This document shows positions 15,355-29,200 of a stretch of 64,000 bases of DNA, in pieces. Source of the stretch: the human T2T-CHM13v2.0 reference genome, Homo sapiens. The stretch lies in the NCBI RefSeq assembly GCF_009914755.1, contig NC_060926.1. The stretch is one strand, 5' to 3'. The position numbers were made by a program, and so were the translations under genes. The notes beneath the pieces were generated by a model that did no database searches, was not told the DNA's origin, and saw only the letters and a program-made list of their open reading frames with translations. Each line of letters starts with the position of its first letter. The first letter of the stretch is position 1.

Positions 15355-16339
15355 AATTATTGAGTTAACATCTTGTGTCAGGCAAAGTACTCAGCATTTA
15401 CAAATGGTATTACAATGATCTTATGAGATAGGTAGTATAATTATTTCCATTTAAAGGGCGAGAACACCAGAGTTTGGAGAACCACTTGTCAATAGGCAGA
15501 GTTCATTGCGATTCTCTGGCCTCAACTGGGCCCTTATTGCAGCTGCCACGCTGTTGGTTTCTTCCCAGTGGACTCCTTGCTGCATTCTCAATAGTTGCCC
15601 TAGAAAATCATCAAGTTCTTAATCCCAGGCCAGATGACTTCTGTGGTTTCTGTAAAATAGTTTCCTCGATGGGTCTTCTCTTTTATAAACAGCTGTTCTG
15701 CTCCACCCTCTCATTGCTAAGGCCAAGATTTCTTGGACAGCACCTGTTCTAAGCATGTTTGGTGCATGACTGCATTATTTCATTTAATCCTCTCTACAAA
15801 GTGCTGAAAGCTGTGAAGTTGGTTCTGATAACATCCAGAACCTCCCCAGTTGATTCTGCTTCTCCAGACTTAAAACCCCACAGCATCTTTGACTCTGTCA
15901 CTTTACACGAACCCTATCCAAGTGAGGAGCTCCTGGATTTCCTCCTGTGGAGCCTGGTCTGTTCTACTGGGAAGAGTGACCTGCCATGCCTGCATGCTAC
16001 TGGCACCAATGGTGTCAGGGCTCAGAAGGACCATCACTGTGAAATGCCTGGAAAGCCCACTGAGAAAACTGCTTAGGTTTATGTCCTACTAACTTCATAA
16101 CCAGAGAATGAGACAGTTGAAGACCCTTCATGTAGAAGCACCAACAGGAACAACAGCAGCAAGGCTGCAGAGAAGAGAGATGGACCTAAGGAACCTCCTT
16201 GTAAGTGGCTTTTTGTATGAGAATCTCTACCATACCAACAAACAAATGAACACACAAACAAAACAAGCTCAAGATCTCAATTCTATAAGAGTTTCAGGAG
16301 ACAAGCACAATATTAGCAAATGCCACATTGTAACCAACA

Positions 16340-18700
16340 CCAGCATGCCATCCTGCTAACTTGGTTTCTGGTGAGAAGTCAGCTGTTGTTCTTATTGAGG
16401 ATTGCTTCTGTGGGATGAGTCACTTCTCTCCTACTGCTTTCAAGATTCTCTTTGTCTTTTACTTCTGGTATTTTAATAATGATGTGTCCAGGTGTGGATA
16501 TTTTTGAATGTATCTTACTTGGAGTCTATTGGCTTTTTTTTATTTTTTTTTGGAAGTGCAGTTTAATGTTTTACATACAATTTGTTAAGTTTACAGACAT
16601 TAATTCTTCACATATTTTTATCACCTTTCTCTTTTTCTGCTCCTTCTGAGACTCCCCATTATGTATATGTTAGTATGTTTCATAGAGATCTACAGGTTTC
16701 TGAGGTTCTGTTCATTTTTCTTCATAATTTTTTTTCTTTCTGTTTCTCAGTCTGGAAAATCTCAAATGAACAATGTTCAAGATTGCTGATTATATCTTCC
16801 ACCTGATCAAATCTGCTGTTGAGCTCCTCTTAAAATTTTCCTTTTAGTTATCTTTTTAACTCTAGCATTCCTATTTGATTCTTTTTTTTTTTTATCATTT
16901 CTATCTCTTTACTGATATTCTGTGTTAGATAAACACCATTTTCATCCTTTCCTTTAGTTATTTAGACATGGTTTTCTTTAACCCTTTGAACTAAATTTAA
17001 AGACTTTTTCTAATAAGTTTTATGTCTGGGCTTCCTCTGGAACAGTTTCTATTAATTGATTTTGTCCTGTGTATGAGACATATTTTCTTGTTTCCTTACA
17101 TGTCTTGTAATTTTCTGTTAAAACTGGACATTAAAAATGCAATGTGGCAACTTTAAAAAATCAGATTCTTTCTCTACTCCTCAGGTTATGTTGTTTTTAC
17201 AGTTTGTTGGTGTTTTTGTTTTTTAGTAACTTTTCTGATGTAATTGTGTTATAAGTCTGTATTCTTTGTCTTGTGTAGCCACTGACGTCTCTGCTTTGTT
17301 AGCTTAATGGTCATCTAATGATTGGAGAGAAATTTCTTTAAGGATCAGGAACTAGTAAGTCTCTGTCAATGAAAAAGAGTTATACTATGTAAAATATTTG
17401 AAGAGATTTATTCTGAGCCAAATATGAGTGGCCAATGGCCCATGACACAGCATTTAGGAGATCCTGAGAACATGGGCCCAAAGTGGTTGGGTAACAACTT
17501 GGTGTGACATATTTTAGGGAGACATAAGGCATCAATCAATACATGGAAGATGTATATTGGTTCAGTCCAGGAAGGTGGGACAAGTGGAAGTGGGGGTTTC
17601 CATATCATAGGCGGATTCAAAGGTTTTCTGATTGGTAATTGGTTGAAAGAGTTACTATCAATAGAAAGGAATATCTGGGTTATGATAACAGGTTGTGGAA
17701 ACCAAGATTTTGTCATGCAAATGAAGCCTCCAGGTAGCAGGCTTCAGACAGACTAGATTGTAAATGTTTCTTATCAGATTTAGAGTCTGTTCTGTTAGTA
17801 ACTCCAAAAAGGAGGAGGGTATTACCAGGTTTGTCCAGCTCTGCCTTCCCATCATGGCCTGATCTTCTTTTTCAGGTAAACTTTGGAATGCCCTTGACAG
17901 AGAGGAGGGATCCATTCAGATGGTTGGGGTAGGACGACCTTAGATTTTTCTTTTTGGTTTACATCTCCAAGTTTTTGCTGAGGTGCTCTACATGCATGTT
18001 GGGGAATGTCCTCCACACTCATCCAAGCAGTTGACAATTCCACCTTAAACTTAGATTTTGACAATATCTTCTTGTCCAGAACTTTAAGGGAGCCATTGAT
18101 GAGGGTTTAGGACCTTCTAAGATCTTTTCCAAGCCTGCACACAGCTCTGTGCATGTGCAAAGCCTATCTTACTCCTGCTCATGGCCTTCCAGATTTCCCA
18201 GAATATGTCAGAGCTTTTCAAAGCCCCTATGAACATCCATTCTCCAGTTTTCACTTTAAGCTTTTTAATTAGCCTATTGTTTGTTGCAACTATTATCCAC
18301 TATCTCAAGCATCTGTGAAGTTAAACAATTGCCTCTAAATGTTTTTAACAAATGCCCCTGAAGAAATGGCTTTTCACACTGGGCAAACTCCAAGTCAGAT
18401 TAAATAAAGACAGCCTTGCAAGTGGGGTCTTTCAGAGAACCACTAGACGGGTTTTCTCTGTGACTGGGGGCTGCTGGTTTTCAAGGCTACCATGAAGCTG
18501 GAGAAAGGGTGATGCGAATGGGGCAAGTTAAAATGTCACAAACCCACTATTCTAGGTGAAATTCAGTTGTTTTGCTTGAGCAAACAATCCTTGGATGGCT
18601 GCAACACTTTGGTAAATTTCCAGAGTTCTAAAAAGTTGATTCTGATTATTTTTGTCACTTTTCTCATTATTTTTATAGAGGAGAGAATTTTGCTGAGATC
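16340..18700 (-). mobile_element. Old L1 (ORF1/5' region), interrupted by an LTR
   Basis: T-rich strand. Antisense L1 ORF1-type 'tttctggtgagaagtcagctgtt...tgcttttcaagattctctttgtcttt...atgtgtccaggtgtggat'. The portion after 17967 is assigned with less certainty. Confidence 0.75.
17364..17963 (-). mobile_element. ERV1 solo LTR, MER4 family (MER4A1-like)
   Basis: TG...CA termini and a 4-bp TSD tctc (17360-17363, 17964-17967). Minus strand begins 'tgtaaaccaaaaag...ccaaccatctgaatggatcccctcctctctgtcaagggcattccaaag'. Confidence 0.88.
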
Positions 18701-19814
18701 ACCGGATTGCATTATCTTTTCCAATATTGTCTAAATAAAATTAATATGTTAAATTATAAAGGCACATAACAAACCATCTTACTAAAACGATTGGTCCATA
18801 TAAACAAATTCCTTTGGATTTAAGTAGTCAGTCGAGTGACTCACACACCTTTTCTGACCACCATTGTCTGACTGCTTTGGCAGACTCCAAAGCCTGGGCT
18901 GTGGTGGACCTGTATCCCTACTCCCTCCTCTGTGTGCTCAGCACTGGATGGTTTTACTCAGCAGTTAGCATGAAACCCTCTCAGGTAGTAAAGTCTTTTG
19001 AAGATATAACGTGGGAGCGTTCACCAGACATCAAGAAAATTGCATGAACAGGTCCTCTCATTAGAGGGACACGCTCCCAACTGTTAGCAGAGTTGGAATT
19101 TTCCACCTACTGTGGCTGCAACATTGATCCTGTAGAAGTATGGGAATGAAGAATAATGATGCTCACTCTTGGGGAAATGGGTACCCAGGAGGACTTCAAG
19201 GTCCACCTTCTAACTCCTTATTCACATTTCATAATCCTTTCACTACTTTGATGCACATGTGCTGTACCAATCTACAAAGCATTACTTGAGGGCAACTCTG
19301 CCGTGGAACTCATGCTCCCCTGTTAAAGGTCCCTTCCCCCAGCCTTTGCCATGGGTCCCTTCTTTGATAAAATGCAGGCTACCAAAAGACTTGCATGGAT
19401 TAATTATTAATTAATTTTGTTTCACATCAATTGTAATGAATTCGTATGGACTATTTCACCTATACACATTTTTATTGAACTAAATCAAACCTAATGAGGT
19501 TTCCGACCAAAGTAAAGAGGCCTCTTCTCAGCTCTAAAGAAAGAAACATGGCAGTAGGATGTACTGCATTCTTAGGGTTAGACTCAGATTTTCTACTGGC
19601 ATTTTGTAATGTAGTATTTCAAACATATATAAAAATGAATCTACCGTCTACTTCTGTCACTTGATGCCAATCTTCTATATCACCCTTGTGTCCACGTCAC
19701 ACACACTTCTCACCCCATTCCTGCTTTACCTTGAAGCCAATTTCAGTTCTTAGATAATTTTATTTGTAAGACATTCAGCATGTATCTCCAGAAGATAAGG
19801 GTCGTTCTTCTGTG

Positions 19815-21330
19815 ACAGTTTTATTGAAGTATAATGGCCACATAATAAATTGTACATAATGGAAGTGTGTATTTGAGAAGTTTTTTATGTTTATGTCTCT
19901 GAAACTATCATAACAATTAAATAATGAACATGTCCATCACACCCAAGAGTTTCCTTGTGCTATTTTGTAGCCCAAAATACATGCTGAATATTTTAAAACT
20001 AAAATGTGACTTTAACCCTTCCCCTGCTGCTGTCCAACTCCTTCCCCCAATAGGCAAATACTGATCTGCTTGCTGTTACTATAGATTAGTACACTTCCTA
20101 GAATTTTATGTAACTAAAATCATATAGTATGTGCTCTTTCTTTGTCCATGTTCTTTTATTCAGCATCATTCTATTGGATTCAATAATGCTGTTATAGGTA
20201 TCAATTGTTCCTTTTTTAAATTATTGGTTAGCATTCCATTATATGACTACGTCACAATTGGTTTATCCATTCACCTGCTGGGGTACAACTGGGTGATTTT
20301 CGGTTTTTGGCAATTACAAATAAAGCTATTATGAACACTTGTTTAAAAGCCTTTGTGTGAATATATGCTTTCATTTTTTGTGGGGTGTAAATAACCAAGT
20401 GTGGAATGACTGAGTCATATGGTAGATATATTTTTAACTTTTAAAAAAACAACAAAATGCTCTTCAGCATGGTCAAACCATTTTCCATTCCCACTAGCTG
20501 TGAATGGAGTTCCTGTTGGTTCCACATCCTTGCAAACACTTGATATGGTCAGACTTTTCAATTTCATCCATTCTAGTGTGTGTTATTATCTCACTGTGGT
20601 TGTAGTTTTCATTTCTCTAATGACTAAAGGTGTTGGGCCTCTTCTTGTTTACTTATTTGCCAGTCCTACAAACGACTTGGTGAGATGTCTTTTTCAGATC
20701 TTTTGTCAACTAAAAAAAAAGTATGTTGCTTTTCTTCTTAACTTCTTTATACATTCTGGATACAAAACCTTTATTATATATATGTTTTGCAAATATTTTA
20801 CCTCAGTCTGGGGCTTTCCTTTTCATTTTCCTAAATGTCTTTTGAAGAACAAAAGTTTATGTTTTATTTTTATGAGGTTCAGTCAATACCTTATTTCTAA
20901 TTTGTGTTTTATCTATTGAATTTAACAGATCACTGCCAAAACCAAGATCACCAAGGTTTTCTCTATTTTCTCCTGTTTTCTTTTAGGAGTTTTATAGTTT
21001 TAGTTATTACATTTATGTCTATGATCTATTCTGAGTTAATTTTTTATATGGTATGAAGTAATGACGGAGGTGGAGGTTTTCACTTTTTTCTTTCTTTTCT
21101 TTCTTTTTTGCATATAGTTACTCAATTTTTCCAGCATCATTTGATGAAGATTATACTTTCTATGCTAAATTTCTTTGGTGCCTTTGTCAAAAATAAATTG
21201 ACCATGTAAATATGAGTCCATTTCTGGATTCTCAATTCTTTTCTACCCATCTGTGTACCCATCTTGACACCAATCCTACTGATTACAGTTGCTTTACGAT
21301 AAGCTACAGTAATCACAAAGTAAATTGTAA
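19815..21330 (-). mobile_element. Old L1 3' end / ORF2 C-terminal part (L1MB/MC/ME-type)
   Basis: 'ttttattgaagtataat', 'tggcaattacaaataaagctattatgaacact', 'ccagcatcatttgatgaag'. Confidence 0.85.
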
Positions 21331-21381
21331 AGCTTTATAATCAGCTTTATAATAAGAATACAGGACTTGAGAGGTTTCTAG

Positions 21382-22033
21382 TGTGATCTGAGAGACCAAA
21401 ATAGACACCCCTTTACCAACTAAGACAGATCTTAAGGTTAGGGAAAAAGTTACCTATAAGCCCAGGGTTTAGGGCTTGGCTGGCGTGGCAACTCCCTAAA
21501 TTCCTATGGTTACAAGAAAAACCACACCCTTGTTAAACTCTCAACAGTACAGCTAATCAGGCAAATTGTCAGATGCCTCCTAACTCTGGTTGGACAGAGG
21601 ACTGGTCTTACAAGGATTCTTTCCAGATGAGCAGCTGTAGCCCTCAAGTCCCTTTGGAGAGCTTGTGCACAAACTGCCTTTGTGTCTGATAGCTCACCTT
21701 TTGATGTAAAGAGCCAAATTCCACCTCATTTTAATGCTAAAATCCTGCCCCTAAGTGAACATGGGATGTGTTACATGTATGTTTATCCATTGCCCATGTA
21801 GTTGGCTCCCCTCATAAATATATATAGCTTTTCCCCCAAACCTACTGAATATGCATGACTCTATTATATAATACCGACCCTGTAAGGCACAAAATCCAAG
21901 CTGCCCTTGCCCTCTTTGAAGAAGGAGCATCTTTGCTCCACACTGGAGGCTATCTTTTCCCAGTTTGCAAACATATCACCAATAAGACTCTCCTTTCTAC
22001 TATTTAGCCCTCCTGGTGATCTTCTGGACAACC
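21382..22033 (+). mobile_element. ERV1 solo LTR, MER39-like
   Basis: Starts 'tgtgatctgagagaccaaaatagacacccctttaccaactaagac'; ends near 'tttagccctcctggtgatcttctggacaac'. Confidence 0.85.
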
Positions 22034-23079
22034 CCGGCTTGCCCCAAAGTTCCTGTCCCCACATCCTGGAGGGCCTCGTGCCTCTCTGGGAAGTGAGACT
22101 GGGATGCAAGAGCCCTTTGAGGTCTTCCCCTGCCTTGACATAAATGAAAAGACAGTAGGGGAGCCTGGCTCAGAAGAAAGAGTTGCAGAGTGTGGTCTGG
22201 ATCACCCAGCAGGACCAGTTATGCTGCCTGCCTGCCAGGAAGTGTTGAAAAGTGACAAATGAGAGGTACCAAGGAGGTGGGTGTCTTTGATTCTACACAA
22301 AGATGACTAGGAGGACAGGAAATAGCAGCTTATGCACACTGGGTCACCTATAGGTTCAGTCAAGATTGTGATCTTAAAATATAGAAGACCTGAATGGCCT
22401 CCTTTCTATTTGTCTCCCTACTGAAAAAATAATCCCATACCATGTTTTTGGGTATTGGAGAAGGGAACACATTTGAATTATACTGAGGATAAAACTTCTA
22501 AGAATTCTCACAGGGCTCAGAGGAGAGGCCATGACTGGCTTGTGGGGCAGGTAAGCAGTAGGGAAAGGAAGGTGGGTGAGTGTAAAGGCACAGTGGTGAC
22601 CTTCAGCAAGGCCTCATAGGAGAGAGAGGAGGTGGGGAATGTAGGTAATTCTTGTTAGGGGCAACAAATGAGTATTAGTGAGAATGAATAGATGGTGGGG
22701 GAGGGGGGACAGAAACTAACCTGTAAATTATTCTCTTTTGAATTTTAATGAGCCTGAGAGACAGACATTATCTTGTGAAAAGGTCCATCCAGGTACGAGA
22801 TTTCAGGGAACAGATGGAAAGCAATTGCTGTCCTTGGTGGGTCCAATCTTTATACAGATAACCAAAAGCCTTTTCCAGCATCTGCTTGTCTCCAAGGGCC
22901 TTTAATTCAAAATATTCATCATGCCAGGGTGCCATATCTTGGGGTAAAATTATTATTATTATTATTATTATCTTAATGTACAAAAGTGGAGAGTTCAGAT
23001 TCCCTTTCTTTGAGCAAAATTTGCAGAAGTAATGACCTAAGGACATTCACCAAACTCACATTTCCAGCACAGGCTGGTT

Positions 23080-23250
23080 TCCAGCCAATGTTTCCCAGCT
23101 TTCGGGTACGGGCTTGCATTCCAGGAGCTGCTTTTGCAAGTTTGGCTCCATGGTCCAACGCATTTAGGAACTGCTGCCGACTGTGTCCCCTTTTGAAGAT
23201 TTGTGAAAAAATCAACATATCAAAGGCCCTGAACCCATGAAAAATGCTCA
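23080..23250 (-). mobile_element. Old hAT-Charlie-type DNA transposon fragment
   Basis: Reverse complement 'cagggcctttgatatgttg...atcttcaaaagggga...cagcagttcctaaatgcgttggaccatgga' resembles the element at 38.6-38.8 kb. Confidence 0.4.
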
Positions 23251-23254
23251 AAAC

Positions 23255-23942
23255 AATTAGTCATTAGGGAAACAAAAATCAAAATCACAATCACAATTAG
23301 GTACTACTTCATACCCACTGGGATGGCTATAATAAAAAAGGACAGACAATAATAAGTGTTGGTGAGAATGTAGGGAAACTGGAACTCGTGTACACTGCTG
23401 GTGGGAATGCAAAATAGTGCACCTGCTTTGGAAAAGAGTCTGGGAGTTCCTCTAAAAGCTCAATGTAGAATTACCATATGACCCAGCAATTCCACTCCTC
23501 TGTATAGACCCAAGAGAACTGAAAACATATGGTCAAATACAACTTGCTCATGAATGTTTATAATGACGTTATTTATGATAGCCAAAAAGTGGAAACAACC
23601 CAAATGTCCATCAGTGCATACATGCAACAATGTGGATGAACCTTGAAAACATTAAGTTAAATGAAAGAAGCTGGTCGCAAAAGATCACACAGTAAATGAG
23701 TCCATCTGTATGAAATGTCCAGAATAGGCAAATCTATAGAGGCAGAAGGTAAATTAGTGGTTGTCAGGGGCTAGGAAGGAAGTGGATGGGAAATGGCTGC
23801 AAACAGCATGAGGTGTTTTGGGTGGTGATGGAAACATTCTGCAGTGACATTGTGGTGATGGATACACAACTCTATACTAAAAGCCAATGAGTTGTTTACT
23901 TAAAGTGGGTGAACTTTATGCTATACAAATTATATCTCAATA
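23255..23942 (+). mobile_element. L1 3' end fragment (L1M-type)
   Basis: 'acactgctggtgggaatgcaaaatagtgc', 'ccatatgacccagcaattccactcct', terminal 'aaattatatctcaata'. Confidence 0.9.
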
Positions 23943-24722
23943 CAGATTTCTTTAAGTCTTCAGGAAGCCCTCTGGTAAAGAAGTCAGCCTAACCCAGCCC
24001 TGCACTCATCTGACCACCAAAGCTTTTCCTCACATTGGCACTCTGAGAAACTGGTATTCTGAAGAATATGTTTTAGGAAAAACTGCTTTAGACAACAGGA
24101 ATTTGGCAAGAGGAACTTTGTTTCTGTGAACACATATTTGGCATGTCAGGGTACATCCTTTTGTATTTTATTTATATTTGATGTGTCTATGTCCTGTCTT
24201 CTTGGTGGCTTTATAAACATTTTGGGGAGGGAAAGTATGATTTATTCTCCTTGAGTTCCTCCTTCTCACCCATACGATCCATAATGTAGTGCACACATAA
24301 ATATCTCTAAATATGCAGTTGGGACTTTGCATCACTAATGAGTTAAACTATTCAACAAAGCCAAAAATATGTATTATGGGCCCTTAAGTGCCAGGCACAG
24401 TTTTGGGCATGGGGATACAAGAATGAGGGAGCTTATGATCCAATCTGAGACCAGGCCAGGGGCCATACAGTAGAGGCATCTCTCCCTGGAGGGTTAAGTT
24501 CTGAAGTCATTCCCAAGGCACATTTTTCATGTAGTTGAAATTATTGAACACCTTAATGGAGGCACCATATTTGAGACTTACCCCCTTGCTGTTGAAAAGC
24601 AGACACAACCAATTTCTTCTTCACTGTTGGAAAAGATTGCTTTCCCTTTGGTTGGGCACCAGTTGAACACTTGTACTTAACAGCTATCTTGGCCAAAACC
24701 GTGTCTCCTCAAAGGTGAGTCC

Positions 24723-25062
<340 letters not shown>

Positions 25063-25736
25063 CTAGGTGCTCCTGGCCTCAGCAGTATGCAGGAAGGACA
25101 AGCACAGATAAGAGTGAGGGATGCACTCCTCTACCCTCCACTCCGCATCCACCCTGGGTTGTAGCTAGGATGGCACACAGACTGACTGGCACAGTCTAAA
25201 TAACTTTTTCTTTATTTTAAAAAATTTGCTGCCTTGCTTACACACTTATATGAGCTTGTTCTGTGACTCCACAATCCTGAAGGTCAGCCTAAAGTCCAAA
25301 CACTGGGCACTGAAGGAAGAAAATGACCCTGGAGATGAAAAGGACAGCTGGCTCACAGGAAAGCTGCTCATGGCAGGCAAAACTGGAGGACAGAGAAACG
25401 CACTGACCTTGGATGATACAGTTTGGATGTTCATTCCCCCCAAATCTCATATTGAAATGGGATCTCCAGTGGGCCCTGGAGGTGGGCCCTAGTGGGAGGT
25501 GTTTGGGTCATGGAGGAGGATCCCTCATGAGGGGCCTGGTGCCGTCCCCACGGTACGGAGTCTTGCTCTACTTATTTCTGCAAGATTGGATTTTTTAAAT
25601 CTGGCACCTCCATCCTTCTCTCTGTTGCTCTCTCTCTCACATGTAACATGCCTGCTCCCCTTTGACCATGACTGGTCATGACTGAAATCTTCCTGAGTCC
25701 TTACCAGAAGCAGATGCCGGTGGCCATGCTTCTTCT

Positions 25737-26044
25737 TCTTCTTCTTTTTTTTTTTTTTTTTTTTTTTATGGAGTCTCGCTCTGTTGCCCAGGCTGGAGTG
25801 CAGTGGCACGATCCTGGCTCACTGCAAGCTCCACCTTCTGGGTTCAAGCAATTCTCTGCCTCAGCCTCCCGAGTAGCTGGGATTACAGGTGCCTGCTGCC
25901 AAGCCCAGCTAATTTTTTGTATTTTTAGTAGAGATGGCGTTTCGTCATCTTGGCCAGGTTGGTCTTGAACTACTGACCTCGTTATCCACCCACCTTAGCT
26001 TCCCAAAGTGCTGGGATTACAAGCATGAGCCACTGTGCCCAGCA
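25737..26044 (-). mobile_element. AluS-like, inserted in the MST LTR
   Basis: PolyT/(CTT)n tail; flanking direct repeat ccatgcttcttct. Confidence 0.93.
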
Positions 26045-26116
26045 CCATGCTTCTTCTATAGCCTACAGAACTATGAGCCAAATAAACCTCTTTTCTTTAA
26101 GAATTACACAGACTCA

Positions 26117-26263
26117 AATTAGCCTGGCGTGGTGGCGGGCACCTGTAGTCCCAGCTACTCAGGAGGCTGAGGCAGGAGAATGGTGTGAACCCGGGAGTTG
26201 GCGCTTGCAGTGAGCCAAGATGGCACCACTGCACTCCAGCCTGGGCGACAGAGCGAGACTCCG

Positions 26264-26292
<29 letters not shown>
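26117..26292 (+). mobile_element. 5'-truncated AluY-like (right monomer only)
   Basis: 'ggagaatggtgtgaacccgggag' and a long polyA. Near-perfect TSD aagaattac(a/c)caga(c/t)tca at 26099-26116 and 26293-26310. Confidence 0.9.
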
Positions 26293-26294
<2 letters not shown>

Positions 26295-29200
26295 GAATTA
26301 CCCAGATTCAGGTATTCCCAGCAACACAAACAGACTAACACATGGGGTCTCCCAAGATAACACACTGCAAATGTGGGAAAGGAGCCTGGAAAGAACCATG
26401 GGAAAGAAGTTGATGTGATCAGAACACCCCCACCGAGGGCAGGCGCTTAGCAGATCCCCTGTCTCTGAGTTAGCAGCAGCAGGAAGCCTCCCCTGGGAGA
26501 CGCTGGCTGCAGGATGAGGCTGCCAGCCTCTACCAGGGACATCTGGAAGCCACACTTGCTGGCTTCTGTGGAGGCAGAGGGCAGCCTTTCCAGCAGGCCA
26601 CTGGCTCTCTGGAGGCTCTTGGGGCCCATCCTACCCTCAGGGAACCTGGGGAGGAAGTGTCAGCTGACTGTGCTCCTGGGTCACTCACGGAAGCCCCTTT
26701 TCCTGCCCCAAAATGAATCTGAAGAGAAGAAATCCTAGCGTCTGCCAAGTGCTATCACCCAGCCTTGCAGCATGAACATATCCAAGGGGCCTGATGAGCA
26801 GCACCTGGTCTCCCACTGGCTCAGACACTTGAAGCTACTGAATTTACATGTAATTAAAGACTCGAGTGCAGACCGCATTTCAAAACAGACACTTGGTTAG
26901 AGATAGGAGGCCTTCCCCATCAGATGGTTTTGTTTTGCTTTTCCTCTGCATATGGGCCTTACAATTTGCCAAGGAAAGGTTACAGGGGCCACTGTTGTTT
27001 AGTTTGAAGATGAGAAAGCTCAAGAATGACCTAACTACTGTCTTCAAATATGCAGAGGCATTTATTACAAGGAGGGAACGGCTGGCTGTTTTTTTCTTAA
27101 ACTGCAAGAAAAGGCAGCTCAGCTAAAATCCTAAAGACCTGCACACATGGCCTCCACACTCAGCCCTTCCCCACAGCACCTTGCACATAGGAAGCACACT
27201 TCTTGCCGTAAAACCCAGGACTGCCTGCCTTTGATAAGGAAGCTTAGACCTTGACTATGATTGAGGAAGGAGGCCACGGTATCTATTTTAGAGAAGTCTA
27301 GTAGGTTCTGCCTGGTGGCTGGCAGTCAGGTCACTGAGTTTATGGCAGAGGGGTACAGGATCCTCAGTGACGGAGGCCTTATTCATGGCAGGGCCCTTAG
27401 TGTGGCTGACAGGTGGGTCATCAAAGCTCTGGCGCAGACGTGACTGAGCTGAACTCCTCTGAATAATAGAGTTGAGAACATGGAAGCCTACAGCTATGAG
27501 GAAGTCCAGGAGGAGACGGGAGAAGCTGGGGAGGCTGGTGCTACTGCTGGAAGACAGGCCAAAGAGGAAGAATGAAAAAAAATTCCAGCAGGCCATTGAG
27601 AAAGAACTTTGAACAACAAATGTTTAATAGGGATTGCAGCAGTGTGATGCAGTCCCCAACTTTGATTTCCTGCTCCACACGAGATCCTAGTGAACTGTCT
27701 CTAGTTATTACTCCTTAGCTCCATGTAGTTCCAGATCCTTTCCTGTGAGTGGATTTGGCTTGGACAGAAGAGGGAAGACTTATGTGGAGGTGGGCGCTTG
27801 GCTGCCGCCACCATTGTGGCCATCTGGAAAGGGTGAATCTTCGAGAGGAGAGCCCAGTGACTGTCGTGCATTGCCTGGGACAGCCCAGACACCTAATTCT
27901 GATCAGACAGAAGTCCCTGATCAGATGAAAAGAAAAAGCAAAGATTCTGTCTGTCCTGACCGCCCTGCAGGTTAAGCTGCCCTGCAGCCAGCAGAGTGCC
28001 TGGCATACGGGAGGCACCCTGTGCAGCAGCCAGGGCTACTCGCCCAACTGGGAGGAGGCGGATGGTGGGTAAAAGTGAGCACTGGGCCTTCCTGATGTGA
28101 GGCGAGGATGTGGATCTGGGAGGAAAGACAAATGAAGAAGCAGGTGGACAGCCCCAGCTGGGCTCCAGGTGGGGCCTGGGGTAAAGTGACCCTTCTGCAT
28201 TGCTTTCCTGCTCTGGGTACCCGTAACTGCTAACAGACCAGGGCTGAGTCCCCAGACAGCCTTCTTGTCTGGGGTTCAGTCTGTGCCACCCTCTCCAACT
28301 CACCTACTCTCTATTTTCCATCTGCACTGAGACCTTGTGAACCACCGTGAAAAATGCTTCTCACTTCCAGTCCCAAGAGAGGTGGAGAGCCGCAGTAGAA
28401 CGTTGCAGAAGGAGAGGCGGCTTCTAGCTGGGGATATGGGGGCTGGCCCTTGAGCAGGACTTTGCAGGATGGGGTGGACATCCATTGCTATATATTCTCC
28501 TGGTGCTGTGCTATAGGACCCCCTACTGTTTCAGGAATAAAGCCCAGCCCCTGCCAGGTGCTTGCAGTCCAGGGGGCACCCGGGTGAGTGGCAGTCAGGG
28601 CCAACACTGTGTGGTGGCAGGGCTGGGCTGGGAGCCTCACATACATTTTCCTCATGATCTTCCCCTGTGACCTTGGTGATTTCCTGAGATTTTTGTCAGT
28701 CCTTCCCGTTCTGCAAGTTGATCAGTTTGGCCCTTTGGTTTTCAGATTTTTATGGAAAGAACTTCTCTCATCCCTGCTTCATATCCTTTCAGTTCTGTCC
28801 AAAGGCAAATCTCTGACGCATTCCCACTCCGGCCATCTGACGTGTGCTGGGTCACGAGGGCAGGCTGCAGCCTCCCTTGCAGTCCCTTGCCTTAGACGCC
28901 CGCGCCAGCCCATTCAACCATCACAAATGCGCAGACAGAGCAGAAGGTTCCCAACAGGCTGCGCCTGTGCTGGACCACCCCCTTTCCTCCTTCCTTCAGC
29001 TGCCCCTCTTTCTGGATGGGTAAAAGCACTTCCATGTTTTCAGAGGCGTGGAGGGAGCCCGAGAAGAGCAGATGTTGACACCACCATCACTGCCTGCAGC
29101 AGTGAGACCAGGGGCACAGTTTTTGTTGAAAGGGTCGACCAGGAAGCACTTCCTTGACTCTGTCCTAAAGCCTCTGGAGAGCCCTTAAATTTGTGGTCCT

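Larger units (their letters stand above)
25414..26342 (+). mobile_element. MaLR solo LTR (MST-type), interrupted by two Alus
   Basis: 'tgatacagtttggatgttcattccccccaaatctcatattgaaat' ... 'gagccaaataaacctcttttcttta' ... 'gcaacacaaacagactaacaca'. Confidence 0.88.

Noticed and set aside
13228-15363. 711-aa Thr/Ile-rich (mucin-like) ORF, the 692-aa antisense Val/Met ORF and the Pro/Ser ORF
   Set aside because: These are translations of a simple triplet array. The plus ORF starts at TTG, has no signal peptide or domains, and I see no flanking coding exons
28588-29157. 189-aa ORF
   Set aside because: GTG start, no recognisable homology or domain, and composition consistent with chance in GC-richer DNA
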